A stretch of DNA of 63,199 nt, the filler included, from Collodictyon triciliatum (Eukaryota), in NCBI GenBank assembly GCA_043381765.1. It is 8 parts of 8 records of this genome, joined end to end, with 100 filler letters (N's around TTAATTAATTAA, not from the genome) between each part and the next. Parts side by side here need not be neighbours in the genome. Positions count along the whole stretch, not along the records: positions 1 to 9,153 come from JBHJMP010003134.1; positions 9,254 to 14,087 come from JBHJMP010003135.1; 6 more parts are not named here. The stretch is one strand, 5' to 3'. A program made the translations under genes and the position numbers. The notes under the pieces were generated by a model that made no database searches, was not told the origin of the DNA, and was given only the letters and a program-made list of their open reading frames with translations. Positions 1-11,249 of the stretch are shown one piece after another (the first letter of the stretch is position 1; each line of letters opens with the position of its first letter).

Positions 1-47
<47 letters not shown>

Positions 48-188
48 TAATAATAATAAAATAATAATAATAAAATAATAATAATAAAATAATAATAATG
101 ATAATAATAATGATAATAATAATGATAATAATAATGATAATAATAATGATAATGCTGATATTAATAATAATAATGATAATAATAATAG
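1..188. repeat. (AAT)n / (GATAAT)n microsatellite at contig start
   Basis: Directly visible tandem trinucleotide repeat. Confidence 0.95.
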
Positions 189-1173
189 TCAGTAAACATC
201 AACAACAAATAACTTCTCACCAGAGAAACGAACGCCCACAATGCCCACGCGCCCTGGTCCACCATGATGCCAGATATGCCTGAGGCTCTTAACGAGCGAA
301 AGAATAATATCAACAGAGTGAATAATAAAGTGGTAATGTGTAGCCTCTAGACGGATGTCCATCAGGTCTTAGGCGGCAAGTCTGGGGCTGATCTGAGCTG
401 GCAATGCGAATCAATTTGATTCAGGTTTCAGATCTCGATCGACACTGGCCAAACCCTGGGCGTACGAAAGGACAAAGCTGCCGCGGGATTCAGAGAACCG
501 AAATATAGCCGCAGTTGTGGGTTATATGTCGTATATCCTTATCGAATCCTGGGACAACCAACCACACACACACCGTCCACATATAATCCAGATTTGGGTT
601 GTTCATAGGAGAGGTTAGCCAAAATAGCGCTCAGTCTGAGCGTTATGCGCTACAGAGGTTGAACAATAGCTTTATTTTGCTATGAAACTTTCTGGCGCTA
701 CAAGCCCCTACAATGTTGTTATCTTATGCGCTCTGTGTGCGTTAAGCGGGGCTATCCGAGCATTCCCAAGTGTGTGACAGCAGAGCGGCACAAAGACACA
801 AGTCCCGTCTCTACCAATCATCTGCCACCTAATCAACACGGCCTGATGTCTCTGGTGCGAACTCCTATGCGCGCGCCCTTTGCCGCAAGTCTGCCACACT
901 GCGCCTGCGAAAGCACCCTCGCCGCCTAGAGTCTCGGCGCCTTTCCTGCCCCTCCTGAGTTGGCAACTCCAACAATCGCCCATCCCCTCACCCGAACGCT
1001 TTCTAGCCAGTCAGACAAAATCAGAAGGAGAGAACAAGAGCAAAAATCTAAAAGAAAATCAAAAAAAGTAGAAGAAACAAAGAGAGGAAGGAAGGAAGGA
1101 AGGAAGAGAGAGAGAAATGCAAGACTGCTTCTTTAAATAACACACAACAGATCCACCCACCACTTCGTCTGCC

Positions 1174-3653
1174 ATGGAGAGTGTCCTGCAACGCCTAGAA
1201 GCTGTCACTGCCCGCCTGGAAGCCGTAAGTTGCCACGCTTGGTGGGAAATATCTCCCATGGAATACAAAACAAAACAAAACAAAACAAAACAAAACAAAA
1301 CAAAACAAAACAAAACAAAACAAAACAAAACAAAACAAAACAAAACAAAACAAAACAAAACAAAACAAAACAAATTAACAAGCGCAAATTTTGTGCCCAG
1401 GCCGCTGCCCAGGGAGGTGCCCCCGCCTCACCCGCCCCGTCGGGCGCCGCCCCAGCAGAAGCCGGAGCCGTCAGCCGATCCGTGAGTGAGTTTGACGCGT
1501 TTGTTGCTGAGTCTGCGCAGCCGTTTGTCGCGCTCTGCAAGAAGATTGGAGGAGACGTTGCGACCCAGGTAAGCGCAAGCCTTCTACGGCCACGCGTGGC
1601 CCTCAAAGAAGAAGAAAAAAAAAAAGAAAAAAGAAAAAAGAAATAAGAAATATGAAAAGAAACAAAAAAACTAAAATGGGGCCGGGCAGGTTGTGTTCGT
1701 GGAGGAAGGGCTGCAGGAGAACCGCAAGCTTGTGGAGCTGGCGTCGCGGGCCAAGAAGCCGGCAGACGCAAAGGCGGTGTGCAGCGGGGTGCAGGGCAAG
1801 ATCGGGGCGGCCAAGGACTTCCGCGAGAAGAACCGGTCGTCGAAGCAGTTCAACCACGTCTCTGCGCTTGCGGAGGGCGCCGGTGCGCTGGGGTGGGTGC
1901 TGATCGAGCCGACGCCCGGGCCGTTTGTGGAGGAGATGCTTGCGTCTGCAGACTTCTACCTCAACAAGATCCTGCGCGAGTTCCGCGGCGTCGACAACAC
2001 ACACGTCGACTGGGTCGCCGCCTTCAAGGCCCTCCTCAAGGGGCTGCAGGCCTACGTCAAGGCCCACCACACCACTGGCCTCGCCTGGAACCCCCGCGGC
2101 GTCGACGCCTCCTCCGCCGCCGCTGCCCCTGCCACTCCTGTCGCCCCCGCTGTCCCTGCCCCTGCCGCCCCCGCTGCCGCCCCCGCCAACCCCATGGCTC
2201 TCTTCAGCCAGCTCAACTCCGGAAACGTCACCTCTGGTACGACCGTCCACTCCTCCTGCTTTTGACCGCCCACTCCTACCTGCTTTCGACCGTCCACTCC
2301 TACCTGCTTTCGACCGTCCACTCCTACCTGCTTTCGACCGCCCACTCCTACCTGCTTTTGACCGCCCACTCCTACCTGCCTTCGACCGTCCACTCCTACC
2401 TGCTTTCGACCGTTTACTCATCTGCCTCCTCCTTCCAGGTCTCCGCAAGGTCACCGACGACATGAAGTCAAAGAACCGCACGGACCGCAGCGCCGTCGTC
2501 CCTGGTACCGTATTTTGCATTTGTCAATCTTGCTATCTGTGTTGCTGACCTGTATTCTCCTCTGCAGCCGCTGCAACTCCGGCCCCAAAGGCCACACCCG
2601 CATTCGGTGCCAAGGCTCCCTCGTACGTCTCTCTTGAGTCCCCGCCCTTCTCTTTCTTACGTTTTTATTTCATTTTATCGCTTTGATTTTTTTTCTATTT
2701 TAACACACATGTATTTTCATTCTCTCTCCCTCTCCTTCTCTTGATGTTCATTTTACTGTCGGGATTAGTGGCCCACCAAAGCTCGAGCTGGACGGAAAGA
2801 AATGGGCCATTGTAAGTTATTCGGCCTACTCTTCCTCCTTTGTTCAGTGTCATTGCAAGCATACCTATTATGTAAACAGCAAGGAATGGTAGCGAGCAGG
2901 CAATCTCTCCCCTCTAATAGTTACCCTTATGCTGGTCTAGGAAAATCAAGTCAATAACCGCACCATCGTCATCGATGATACAAACACCAAGCAAAGCGTC
3001 TACATCTACAACTGCCAGGGCTCTCTGATTGTCATTAAGGGCAAGGTTAACAACATCTGCGTCGGTATGTTTCACGGCATGCGATATGCCCTTTGCCTTG
3101 ATATCCCACGCTTATCCATCTTCGCTCATCGCCAAGATTTCATATCCCAATCCTAACGCAGCCCTGTCCTTACCCCTCACTCTTCCCTATTCGCTTCTCT
3201 AGACAGCTCAAAGAAGACCAGTGTCGTCTTCGACGCTGTTGTCGCCAACTGCGAGGTTGTCAACAGCACCTCCATTGAGATTCAGGTGACAGATAGGGTC
3301 CCCAGCATCGCCATCGACAAGTGCTCTGGTGTCCAACTCTTCCTCTCAGCCAACTCCCTCGATGCTGAGATCATCACCGCCAAATCTGACCAACTCAATG
3401 TTACCATCCCCAAGGGAGAAGACCATCACGTAGGCCCACTGCAGATCTAATATCATCATTATCTCCACCCACAGGCACCTCTGGCCTCCTCACTTGTTGG
3501 GTTTCTCCATGTTTAACACAAAAAAATATATAATTGTTATCGTATGACACCATCGTGTTTCTTTCACACCAGGATGAGATGCCCATCCCTGAGCAGTTCG
3601 TCACTAAAGTCGTCAACGGCAAGCTGGTCACCACCATCAAGGAGCACGTCTAA
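1174..3653 (+). CDS. CAP: Adenylyl cyclase-associated protein (CAP/Srv2), 9 exons
   Basis: N-terminal RLE motif (MESVLQRLEAVTARLEA), helical domain (FYLNKILREF, YVKAHHTTGLAWN), WH2 motif SGLRKVTDDMKSKN, and CARP beta-domain (LELDGKKWAIENQ, KQSVYIYNC, EMPIPEQF) ending TAA at 3651-3653. GT-AG exons join in frame: 1174-1224, 1401-1568, 1690-2236, 2439-2504 and five further exons. Confidence 0.95.
1265..1373. repeat. (AAAAC)n microsatellite in CAP intron 1
   Basis: Directly visible. Confidence 0.95.
2240..2413. repeat. 24-bp minisatellite (CGACCGYCCACTCCTACCTGCTTT, about 7 copies) filling CAP intron 3
   Basis: Visible tandem units between the donor at 2237 and the acceptor at 2438. Confidence 0.9.
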
Positions 3654-4212
3654 GCAGATCTGGCATTGTTGCTCCATATCGCTTCGTATGCCTCTGCGCT
3701 TCTCTCCTTACCCTCACCCACCCGATAAAGCACTGCAGGATACAACAAGACGAGCAAACTCTTCTGCGTCCATCATAATGTTTCTTGAATTTTGAGTGTA
3801 TATATCACTATTGTCATTCATTCATAAGACCATTGCTATGAAGGTGGTCTATTTCGGTATCATGCTTCTAGCGCGCGGCATAAAAATTTATTGCGCGTTG
3901 GTGAACTTAGCCTCCAGTAGATCATTTATCAAAGGCATTTCATCGAGGCGACTGCGCATGCCTGATGTATTTTAATATCCCTATGAATCTGTGAAAATAA
4001 CACCTAAACATCTTGTGCATTCAACGGCAACTCCATTCTTTTCCCTTGTACGCTGCGTTAGCTATCTGTCTAAATGGAATAAATGAAGGAAAGAAAAAAA
4101 TTGGCGGGCAAAAAACAATATTTATGCTACCAGTGGACAAGACCTCGAATGACGGGCCAACAACCTAGAGAAGGAAGACCCCAAAATGGCCAGCCTGCGG
4201 GGTATCAGCTAC

Positions 4213-7200
4213 CTAATCCGACTTGGTACCAGGGAGGGGGTCATCAACAACCGGAGCATACTCGAGCTCCTCTTCTGCTAGCGGACTATCCGCCTCCAAA
4301 CTCTCTAGGTCGTTCGGTAGGCTAGCAACTAACCGCCCACTCGCCTCCTTCTCCTTCTCGGTAGCATGGGAGCCATGCACCTGCTTGTTGGACTGAGATT
4401 CGCGGGACGCCTGAGGATAGGGCACTTTGGGCTTTCTTCCCAGGGCAGCCAAGTGTTGTGCCATCACTTGCTTGAATTCATGAGTTACGCATCTGTTGTG
4501 ACCTTCTTCCTGTTCGTAGAATTGGCATTAGTTGGCGGTGGTAATCATTTTTGAAATCTGAGAAATTTTGTGATACATAAGGGGGTGGATGATGTCATGG
4601 AGTTTGATTTGGGCTGTCTGGGATGTCCCTTGGCTGCACTCACAAGAATAGAAACTATGCGGCCTAGGCAAAAATCATCCGCAAATTTGGCAAGTTCCAA
4701 TGTGAGCTCATAAAACGCAGAAGTGCTCCATCCACAACCTCGGTGTCTCATCCATGGGTCTTTTTCATGTCCATCGAACCCCGCCGATATTATAATGATG
4801 TCTGGCTTGTGTCTTCGAAGATGGGTTATCATCTCTTTCTTGATTTCGTGCAATTTGACATCGTCAAAAGGAAAACGGTACGGAATCTTACAACATGTTA
4901 ATGTAAAATTGTTGGTGATTTTGAAGTTGGTAAAGTCCTTCCTTCAATTGAGCAGAAGCTCCCTTTTTTTTTTCCTTTTTCTTATAATGTCGTATCTTCT
5001 GTATTCCGAAATATAGCGAACTCTAAAAAAAAAAACCTTCAAAAAGAGAAAGGATAGAATAAGTATCGACAAACATTGATAACTCCTAATTCTGGTATTG
5101 ATGAGCCCCCTGAGGCGAACCCAAGCTCCTTGTCAAATAAATGGGAAGATATATACAAGCAACCAGGGTCTAAATGAATATCTCGACTCAATTAATACAC
5201 ATCCACAGCGAATGAAATTTGCAAAAACTTCACCAAGCTGGTAAGTGGAATGATTAAAAGAAAAAAAAAGCTTGGATACCATCCAGAAGAATTTCCTGAG
5301 TTCCTTGTCCGTGAACCAAACCAAAATCGACCACCGCAACTCTCTTTACACATTTGACTATTCTCGAATACTTTGCAGCAATCGCAGCATAATTTAAAAC
5401 CCTGTTCTAAAACAATCCGCGGAGTAGGCATGTAATCAATGCCTTTATGACCAGTAAATGAGCAGAAAAGGCAAAATATACTCATCGGATAAATAACCAA
5501 CATATAATTAGTTTGAAATGTAAAAGAATAAGTGGGAGGTGTAATATGGGTAATACAAGGTGATGTGAACCGATATTGAAGCCAAGATATCCTACTTGAT
5601 GCCCTGGAAAACGAACTGTATACAAATTTGTCTCGTGTTGATATTGAATAGTGTATTTCATATGCATTTCAATCGCATATAAAAAAACATATGAAGGCTA
5701 GATATATATTCGTAAAGCGGTATAACCTGGGCAAAACACACTTCGAAACTCCCCTGACAATACCATATCAACAGCCGTACATACGGATGCGACACTACAT
5801 TTCAATGTCTCCAGAGCACCCTTTCCCAACTTGAGATTCTATTAAGAAGGAAACGAAGGAATTGTACACATCAATTGCAAATTTTTTGTCGATGATTTAC
5901 TTATTTTTTCGTATTTTTTATTATTAAAGATAGTTGAGTAGAAATAACAACAAACATATATAAATACACAAAAATTTTTAATTATTTCTTAAGATGTTCG
6001 AGTTGTGAGAAACTTCTATTGGTGCATAAACTTGAAGAAGATAAGACGCGTAAATCCTTTCGCGTTCACTGCTCATACCGTTTGGTTGGAATCCTTAGAT
6101 GAAGTCTCAGCCGACTTGAACGATGCATGAATAACATCTGTGTAGCTATTTTGATGCGCAAGTCTATCTCGTTTCGAATTAGACTTACTGTATAGGATCT
6201 GATCATTTCAATTGTATGATTTCCATACTTTCTTTTCTCTTTCACTTGTCTTCCATACTCGGTACATATTTATAGAACAATAATGACGCTCTCACTTCAT
6301 TAGTCTTCCAATATCTCTGAAGTGTGTGTCTTGTTCAATTTTATGTGTGAGCTTGACACAATTTGGGTAGGTGCGAGCCACATCCTCAAAAGCACTTAGA
6401 GAACATCTGAATATATAATTATATATAACTAGAATGCATATCATATCGATTAGAAAGGTCATGATTCTAGTTATACCTGAGTCTTTCATTGGGAAAGTCA
6501 TCTGTATGCGACAAAGAGAATATTCTATCATCAAGAATCATGGAGGCAATTTGGCAATATGAGACAGAATGTTCTTTGATTGATGATATATCACGCAACA
6601 GTTTGACACAAATGTCCTGTTGATTTAATTTAATTGTTTTTAATTAAAAAAAAGCTTAATCAATACTAATCGTAAAGTGGAGTATATCACTTCCAATATG
6701 TGTCACCTTATCCCTTTCATGCTTTGCATATGCATCGAAAAAGTCGCGCTCAAGGGATGACAATATTTCAGATTTTTTCGTAACAGTCTCAGAGTTCTTT
6801 TCCAAGCTATCCTCTTCGATTTTCAGCTGAGAATAAAATTGGATTATCAATATATCCACAATTTACTCATTCGTGTAATATAATCAAACCAATTAATTAA
6901 AATCCCTCATCACTTTACACAAATTGAAAGGAAGAATAATTTTTTTTATCAAAGCAATTAAACGCAATATTAATTAGACTATACACATAAAATACATAAT
7001 TCGAGATGAGTGTGCTGAAGATGTAGAAATATGTTTAATAGTTACTTCAATCTCTTCTTCTTTTAGTCTGGTCTCCAGAATTTTTATTTCTTTTTCCAAG
7101 GCCTTGAGCTGAGCCCTACCCCATCTATCTCTGATTTGAATTTCAATCGCAGCTTTAGCTTCAGACAGAAAATATCCTTCATAGCTCTCAACTTTTTCTT

Positions 7201-7991
7201 GAACCTTATGTAACTATTAAAAGAGAGACCAATTTTTTTTTATTATAATGACCAGATTCTCTTCTAAATATAACATGCTTAGAGACAAGAGAAGTCTGTA
7301 CGAAGAGATAGAAGTTATATTTTATTTGAAAAAAATACCTGGTCTTCTATAACTTCCTCAGCCAACAATTCATTTCTTATATTATACTGGATCCTGTGCT
7401 CTGTTACATTTCATATTTTGAATTCTTGAAGTTTATACATAATAGTAAAATTATGTCTAGGAGAGAAAAAAAAACTAATATAAACGTCAAATTATCAAAC
7501 CTTGGCCGATTTCTTTAAGAACTTGTGCGCTGATATTTGTTATTATCGTCTTTTCATTTGGGGTCATATCTGCATCAAAAGCTCCATAAAACTGGTCTAT
7601 GGTCTTTTTATAGTCCCTAGTGATGCATTTTGATGTTGTATATATCATTATTATTTAATAAATATAATCGTTTACTCAAAAAAAATGAAGCAGCAAATGA
7701 TATCCTTTTTATTCTAAGTATAAAGCAGAATGAAATATGAATCAACAAAATAGTGCAGCATTTTAAAATAGTGAAATCTTGGTAGCACCTTTCCAACATG
7801 AATATAGTGAAGATAACAAACGATGATTAGAATTTATGTGAATCGATTCACATGTGTTTGACTACATATAAAAAAATTACTCGACACTGAATATTGGCAA
7901 TATCCCAACAGATTCAGCAACTGGTTTTCTGATTATATGTTCCCCTGAAAATCGAGATTCGTCACATGTCAGCGCCGACATCATACTCATC
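4213..7991 (-). CDS. Multi-exon protein with coiled-coil N-terminal region and C-terminal histone-deacetylase-fold domain (probable pseudo-deacetylase); probably continues across the N gap to about 8950
   Basis: Colinear HDAC motifs in successive exons: CTAVDMVLSGEFRSVFC, RFPGHQVG, LNYAAIAAKY, RVAVVDFGLVHGQGTQEIL, KPDIIIISAGFDGHEKDP, GRIVSIL-EEGH. Stop at 4213. The 5' end is not resolved. Confidence 0.8.
6883..6961 (+). mobile_element. Tail-only LINE insertion with 14-bp TSD (ATCAAA[C/G]CAATTAA) in an intron
   Basis: Core CACAAATTGAAAGGAAGAATAA is shared with copies at 28913, 29100 and 55102. Direct repeats at 6883-6896 and 6948-6961 (1 mismatch). Confidence 0.75.
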
Positions 7992-9153
7992 NNNNNNNNN
8001 NNNNNNNNNNNNNNNNNNNNNNNNNNNNNNNNNNNNNNNNNNNNNNNNNNNNNNNNNNNNNNNNNNNNNNNNNNNNNNNNNNNNNNNNNNNNNNNNNNNN
8101 NNNNNNNNNNNNNNNNNNNNNNNNNNNNNNNNNNNNNNNNNNNNNNNNNNNNNNNNNNNNNNNNNNNNNNNNNNNNNNNNNNNNNNNNNNNNNNNNNNNN
8201 NNNNNNNNNNNNNNNNNNNNNNNNNNNNNNNNNNNNNNNNNNNNNNNNNNNNNNNNNNNNNNNNNNNNNNNNNNNNNNNNNNNNNNNNNNNNNNNNNNNN
8301 NNNNNNNNNNNNNNNNNNNNNNNNNNNNNNNNNNNNNNNNNNNNNNNNNNNNNNNNNNNNNNNNNNNNNNNNNNNNNNNNNNNAACCAATAACCAAAAAA
8401 AAAAAGGAGAGAAAGATAAATATGTCCTTCAGATTTTAGGGCTAGATATGATTCTGACATTGAAGGGAAGAATAAAATGGATAAAAATGAAACCCCACGA
8501 ACCAGACGACTGGTTGGATTCTTTCTTTCGTTTCTTCTGCTCCACAACACGTCCATTTAAGTCTACCGCACATGCACCGAAGCGATACATAGTTGATTAT
8601 CACCATAAGTGAGTGTAAAGTTCACAGACCGAACTTTTATTGAGAAAAGCAACCCATCTACCACGTCGAAGCAACTTCTCCAGAGTGCCAGTTCAAAGAT
8701 GAAGGTATCAACCAATAATTATATTATTACAACTGCGAAAAAAAAAGGTACCTTTATGTTTGCCAGTACGCCGTTTCTTGGGTGGCTCTTTGTACATCGT
8801 TTGGCTTCAGTCTTGATTTTATTTGGGGAGAGCAAGCACAAGGTCATACGCGTCTCCACACGATTCCTCTCTTGTTTTGTTCCGACAACCGTTGGTTTTC
8901 TTGGTTTGTTCACAAAGAAATCATCCAGAGTTTTGAAAAAGGTGAAGTCATGAAAAATCATAAGGGACTCTTTGTTTTTTTTTGTTTTTTGTTCTATGTT
9001 TTGTTGTTTTGTTGTTTTGTTGTTTTGTTGTTTTGTTGTTTTTTTGTTTTTGTTTTTTTTGTTTTTGTTTTTTGTTTTTTGTTTTTTGTTTTTTGTTTTT
9101 TGTTTTTTGTTTTTTGTTTTTTGTTTTTTGTTTTTTGTTTTTTGTTTTTTGTT

Positions 9154-9253
9154 NNNNNNNNNNNNNNNNNNNNNNNNNNNNNNNNNNNNNNNNNNNNTTA
9201 ATTAATTAANNNNNNNNNNNNNNNNNNNNNNNNNNNNNNNNNNNNNNNNNNNN
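9154..9253. other. Artificial contig linker N-TTAATTAATTAA-N; also at about 14088-14187, 23330-23429, 32569-32668, 41821-41920, 51054-51153 and 60286-60384
   Basis: Identical 12-mer with stops in all six frames, embedded in N runs at seven positions. Confidence 0.97.
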
Positions 9254-9417
9254 TATTGGTATTATTGGTATTATTGGTATTATTGGTATTATTGGTATTA
9301 TTGGTATTATTGGTATTATTGGTATTATTGGTATTATTGGTATTATTGGTATTATTGGTATTATTGGTATTATTGGTATTATTGGTATTATTGGTATTAT
9401 TGGTATTATTGGTATTA
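9254..9417. repeat. (TATTGGTAT)n 9-bp tandem repeat at contig edge
   Basis: Directly visible. Confidence 0.95.
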
Positions 9418-9494
9418 TTCTTTGCTCGCTATTGGTCATGTAAAAGAAAAAACATCATTTAATCTAGATATGATACGTTGTAATAGGTTTATAT

Positions 9495-10331
9495 GCTCAC
9501 ATGATTATCTGATAAATCCATGTGCAAAGGTGGATACTTCATGAGTGGAAAAAGCTCCAGTATCACAGCAGGAAATTCCTTGAGTTTCGAGTGACTCATG
9601 TCTATCTTTCGCAAGGGAAACACATACCGAGACCAAAAAAACGCGACATCAGCTCGTAAATCTTTTTCGGCTACCACGATTTTTTTCAATGACTGCAATG
9701 GGCTCAAATCTGGTAGGTCTTTCAGCTTTATGGAGAAGACGGGTAAAAAAAAAAGAAAACCTTTTACATGAAGCAAACAAGCAAATATTTGAATTTTTAG
9801 GAGGAATAACATGATATGGATAGGTTGAGTGAAGCGACCATTTTTCATGCGCAGATTAAGTATATATATAAAGGACTAGGGGCTAGGTTTTAAATGCTGA
9901 GTAAAACCTTATTATTTATCAAAACCAACTCGCTCAGATTCGACAAGGTTGTTATCCAACCAGGCAACGTCTCCAACTGGACAGCACAGCAAAGGTGCAT
10001 TTGAGTAAGTTCAGCTTTTAATAAGTAAAAGAACAAGTTGCGTCTTGACACGCAGCAATCCAGAGACCGACAAGGAAAAAAAAAAATGACAACACAAAAT
10101 ACAAAGAAAAATAACAGTAAAACTATAAATGAGCTTGATACATAAGCTCTGAGCGCAAGACCCAAACGCAACCCAGAAAACAAACCAGCAAGCCTTTGAA
10201 GCAGCAGAGAGAAAGAACTTTACCTCCGAGTCTCTGAAAGTAAGGCTTGTGAGCGCACCCAGGCGAGCGATCTCCAACTCCTCACCCTGGCTTTCCTGTG
10301 TGATCACAAGCGCGAAGCTCTGCTGCTCCAT
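9495..10331 (-). CDS. Leucine-rich repeat protein, 5' part (truncated by contig end)
   Basis: ATG at 10331. LRR-pattern exons: LETLPGWITTLSNLSELVLINNK, LKDLPDLSPLQSLKKI, LRKIDMSHSKLKEFP, MDLSDNH. Confidence 0.7.
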
Positions 10332-11249
10332 CGCACAGTCCCAGACTCTCCTAATTCCCGCGTTGGCGACTCAGAAGCAAGCTTCTCTCTTCTCCTCTGC
10401 CTACCACACACACACAGTAAGCCCCGCACCCACTCACCGCCCAAATGCCACTGGGTTTAGTATTCTCTTGTCTCCCTTTAACCTCTAGTTTTTTTTTGTT
10501 TTTTTTTATTCCGCAATCGGGTGGGATGGAGACGCCCAGAGGGATGAATGGCGCCCATCGCGGTGCAGCGACAGAAAGGAAAGGCAGGGATGAAGCAAAG
10601 ACGCAGCACAAACACACGACAGACAGGATGTCGCCCAGAAAGCACACACACGGCCGGCAAGGGGGAAGGAAGGAACGATGGAGCGATGGATGAAGCGAAG
10701 AAGGAGGCAAGGGAGAAGCCAGCGTGGGGATTCGCCCGTCCATGCAAGGAGATGGAGGAGCCAAGGAGAGGGCCCACAAGAGATCGATGGGGGAGCCCGG
10801 CCGCACAGCACGCGAGACAGCCGCCGATTGCACAGCCGCCAGTGCCGCCGCCGCCAAAGGGTCGCTCCTGCCACGGTTATGGTCCGGGTCATGCGAGTCT
10901 CCAACACGCTTGGGGGCGGCCGGGTGTCCACAGGCAGACGCACACGCAGATTGCACAGCCCGATTGGACGTGGCAGTCTGCGAGTTGGACGCACGTGGAC
11001 ACTCGGCGGGAGACTCGACCCATCATACGCAGCGGCCCCGGCGGCGCGGCAGACGGCAGGCTCTGCATCGGCACGGCTGCGGCGTGGGGGTGGGCTGCCT
11101 CAGGTCTCGAGATTGCGGGGGCGACGGTGGGGGCGGGGAGGATGGATTGCGGGGTCAGAGAGAGGGAGAGGGAGAGGGAGAGAGGGAGAGGGAGATGGAA
11201 AGGGAAAGGGGAAGGGAGTCAAAGAAAAAGGGCAGTAGCAGCGGCGGGC

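Noticed and set aside
98-283. Low-complexity ORFs here and at other microsatellites
   Set aside because: They are translations of simple repeats or N runs.
300-990. Short palindromes upstream of CAP as an ncRNA
   Set aside because: Only isolated small hairpins were found, with no recognisable RNA family motif.
2240-2413. 24-bp repeats as a CRISPR array
   Set aside because: Head-to-tail repeats with no spacers, inside a eukaryotic intron.
9154-9253. Recurrent TTAATTAATTAA motif as a biological repeat, and gene neighbourhoods across it
   Set aside because: It is an assembly linker inside N runs, so synteny across linkers is meaningless.
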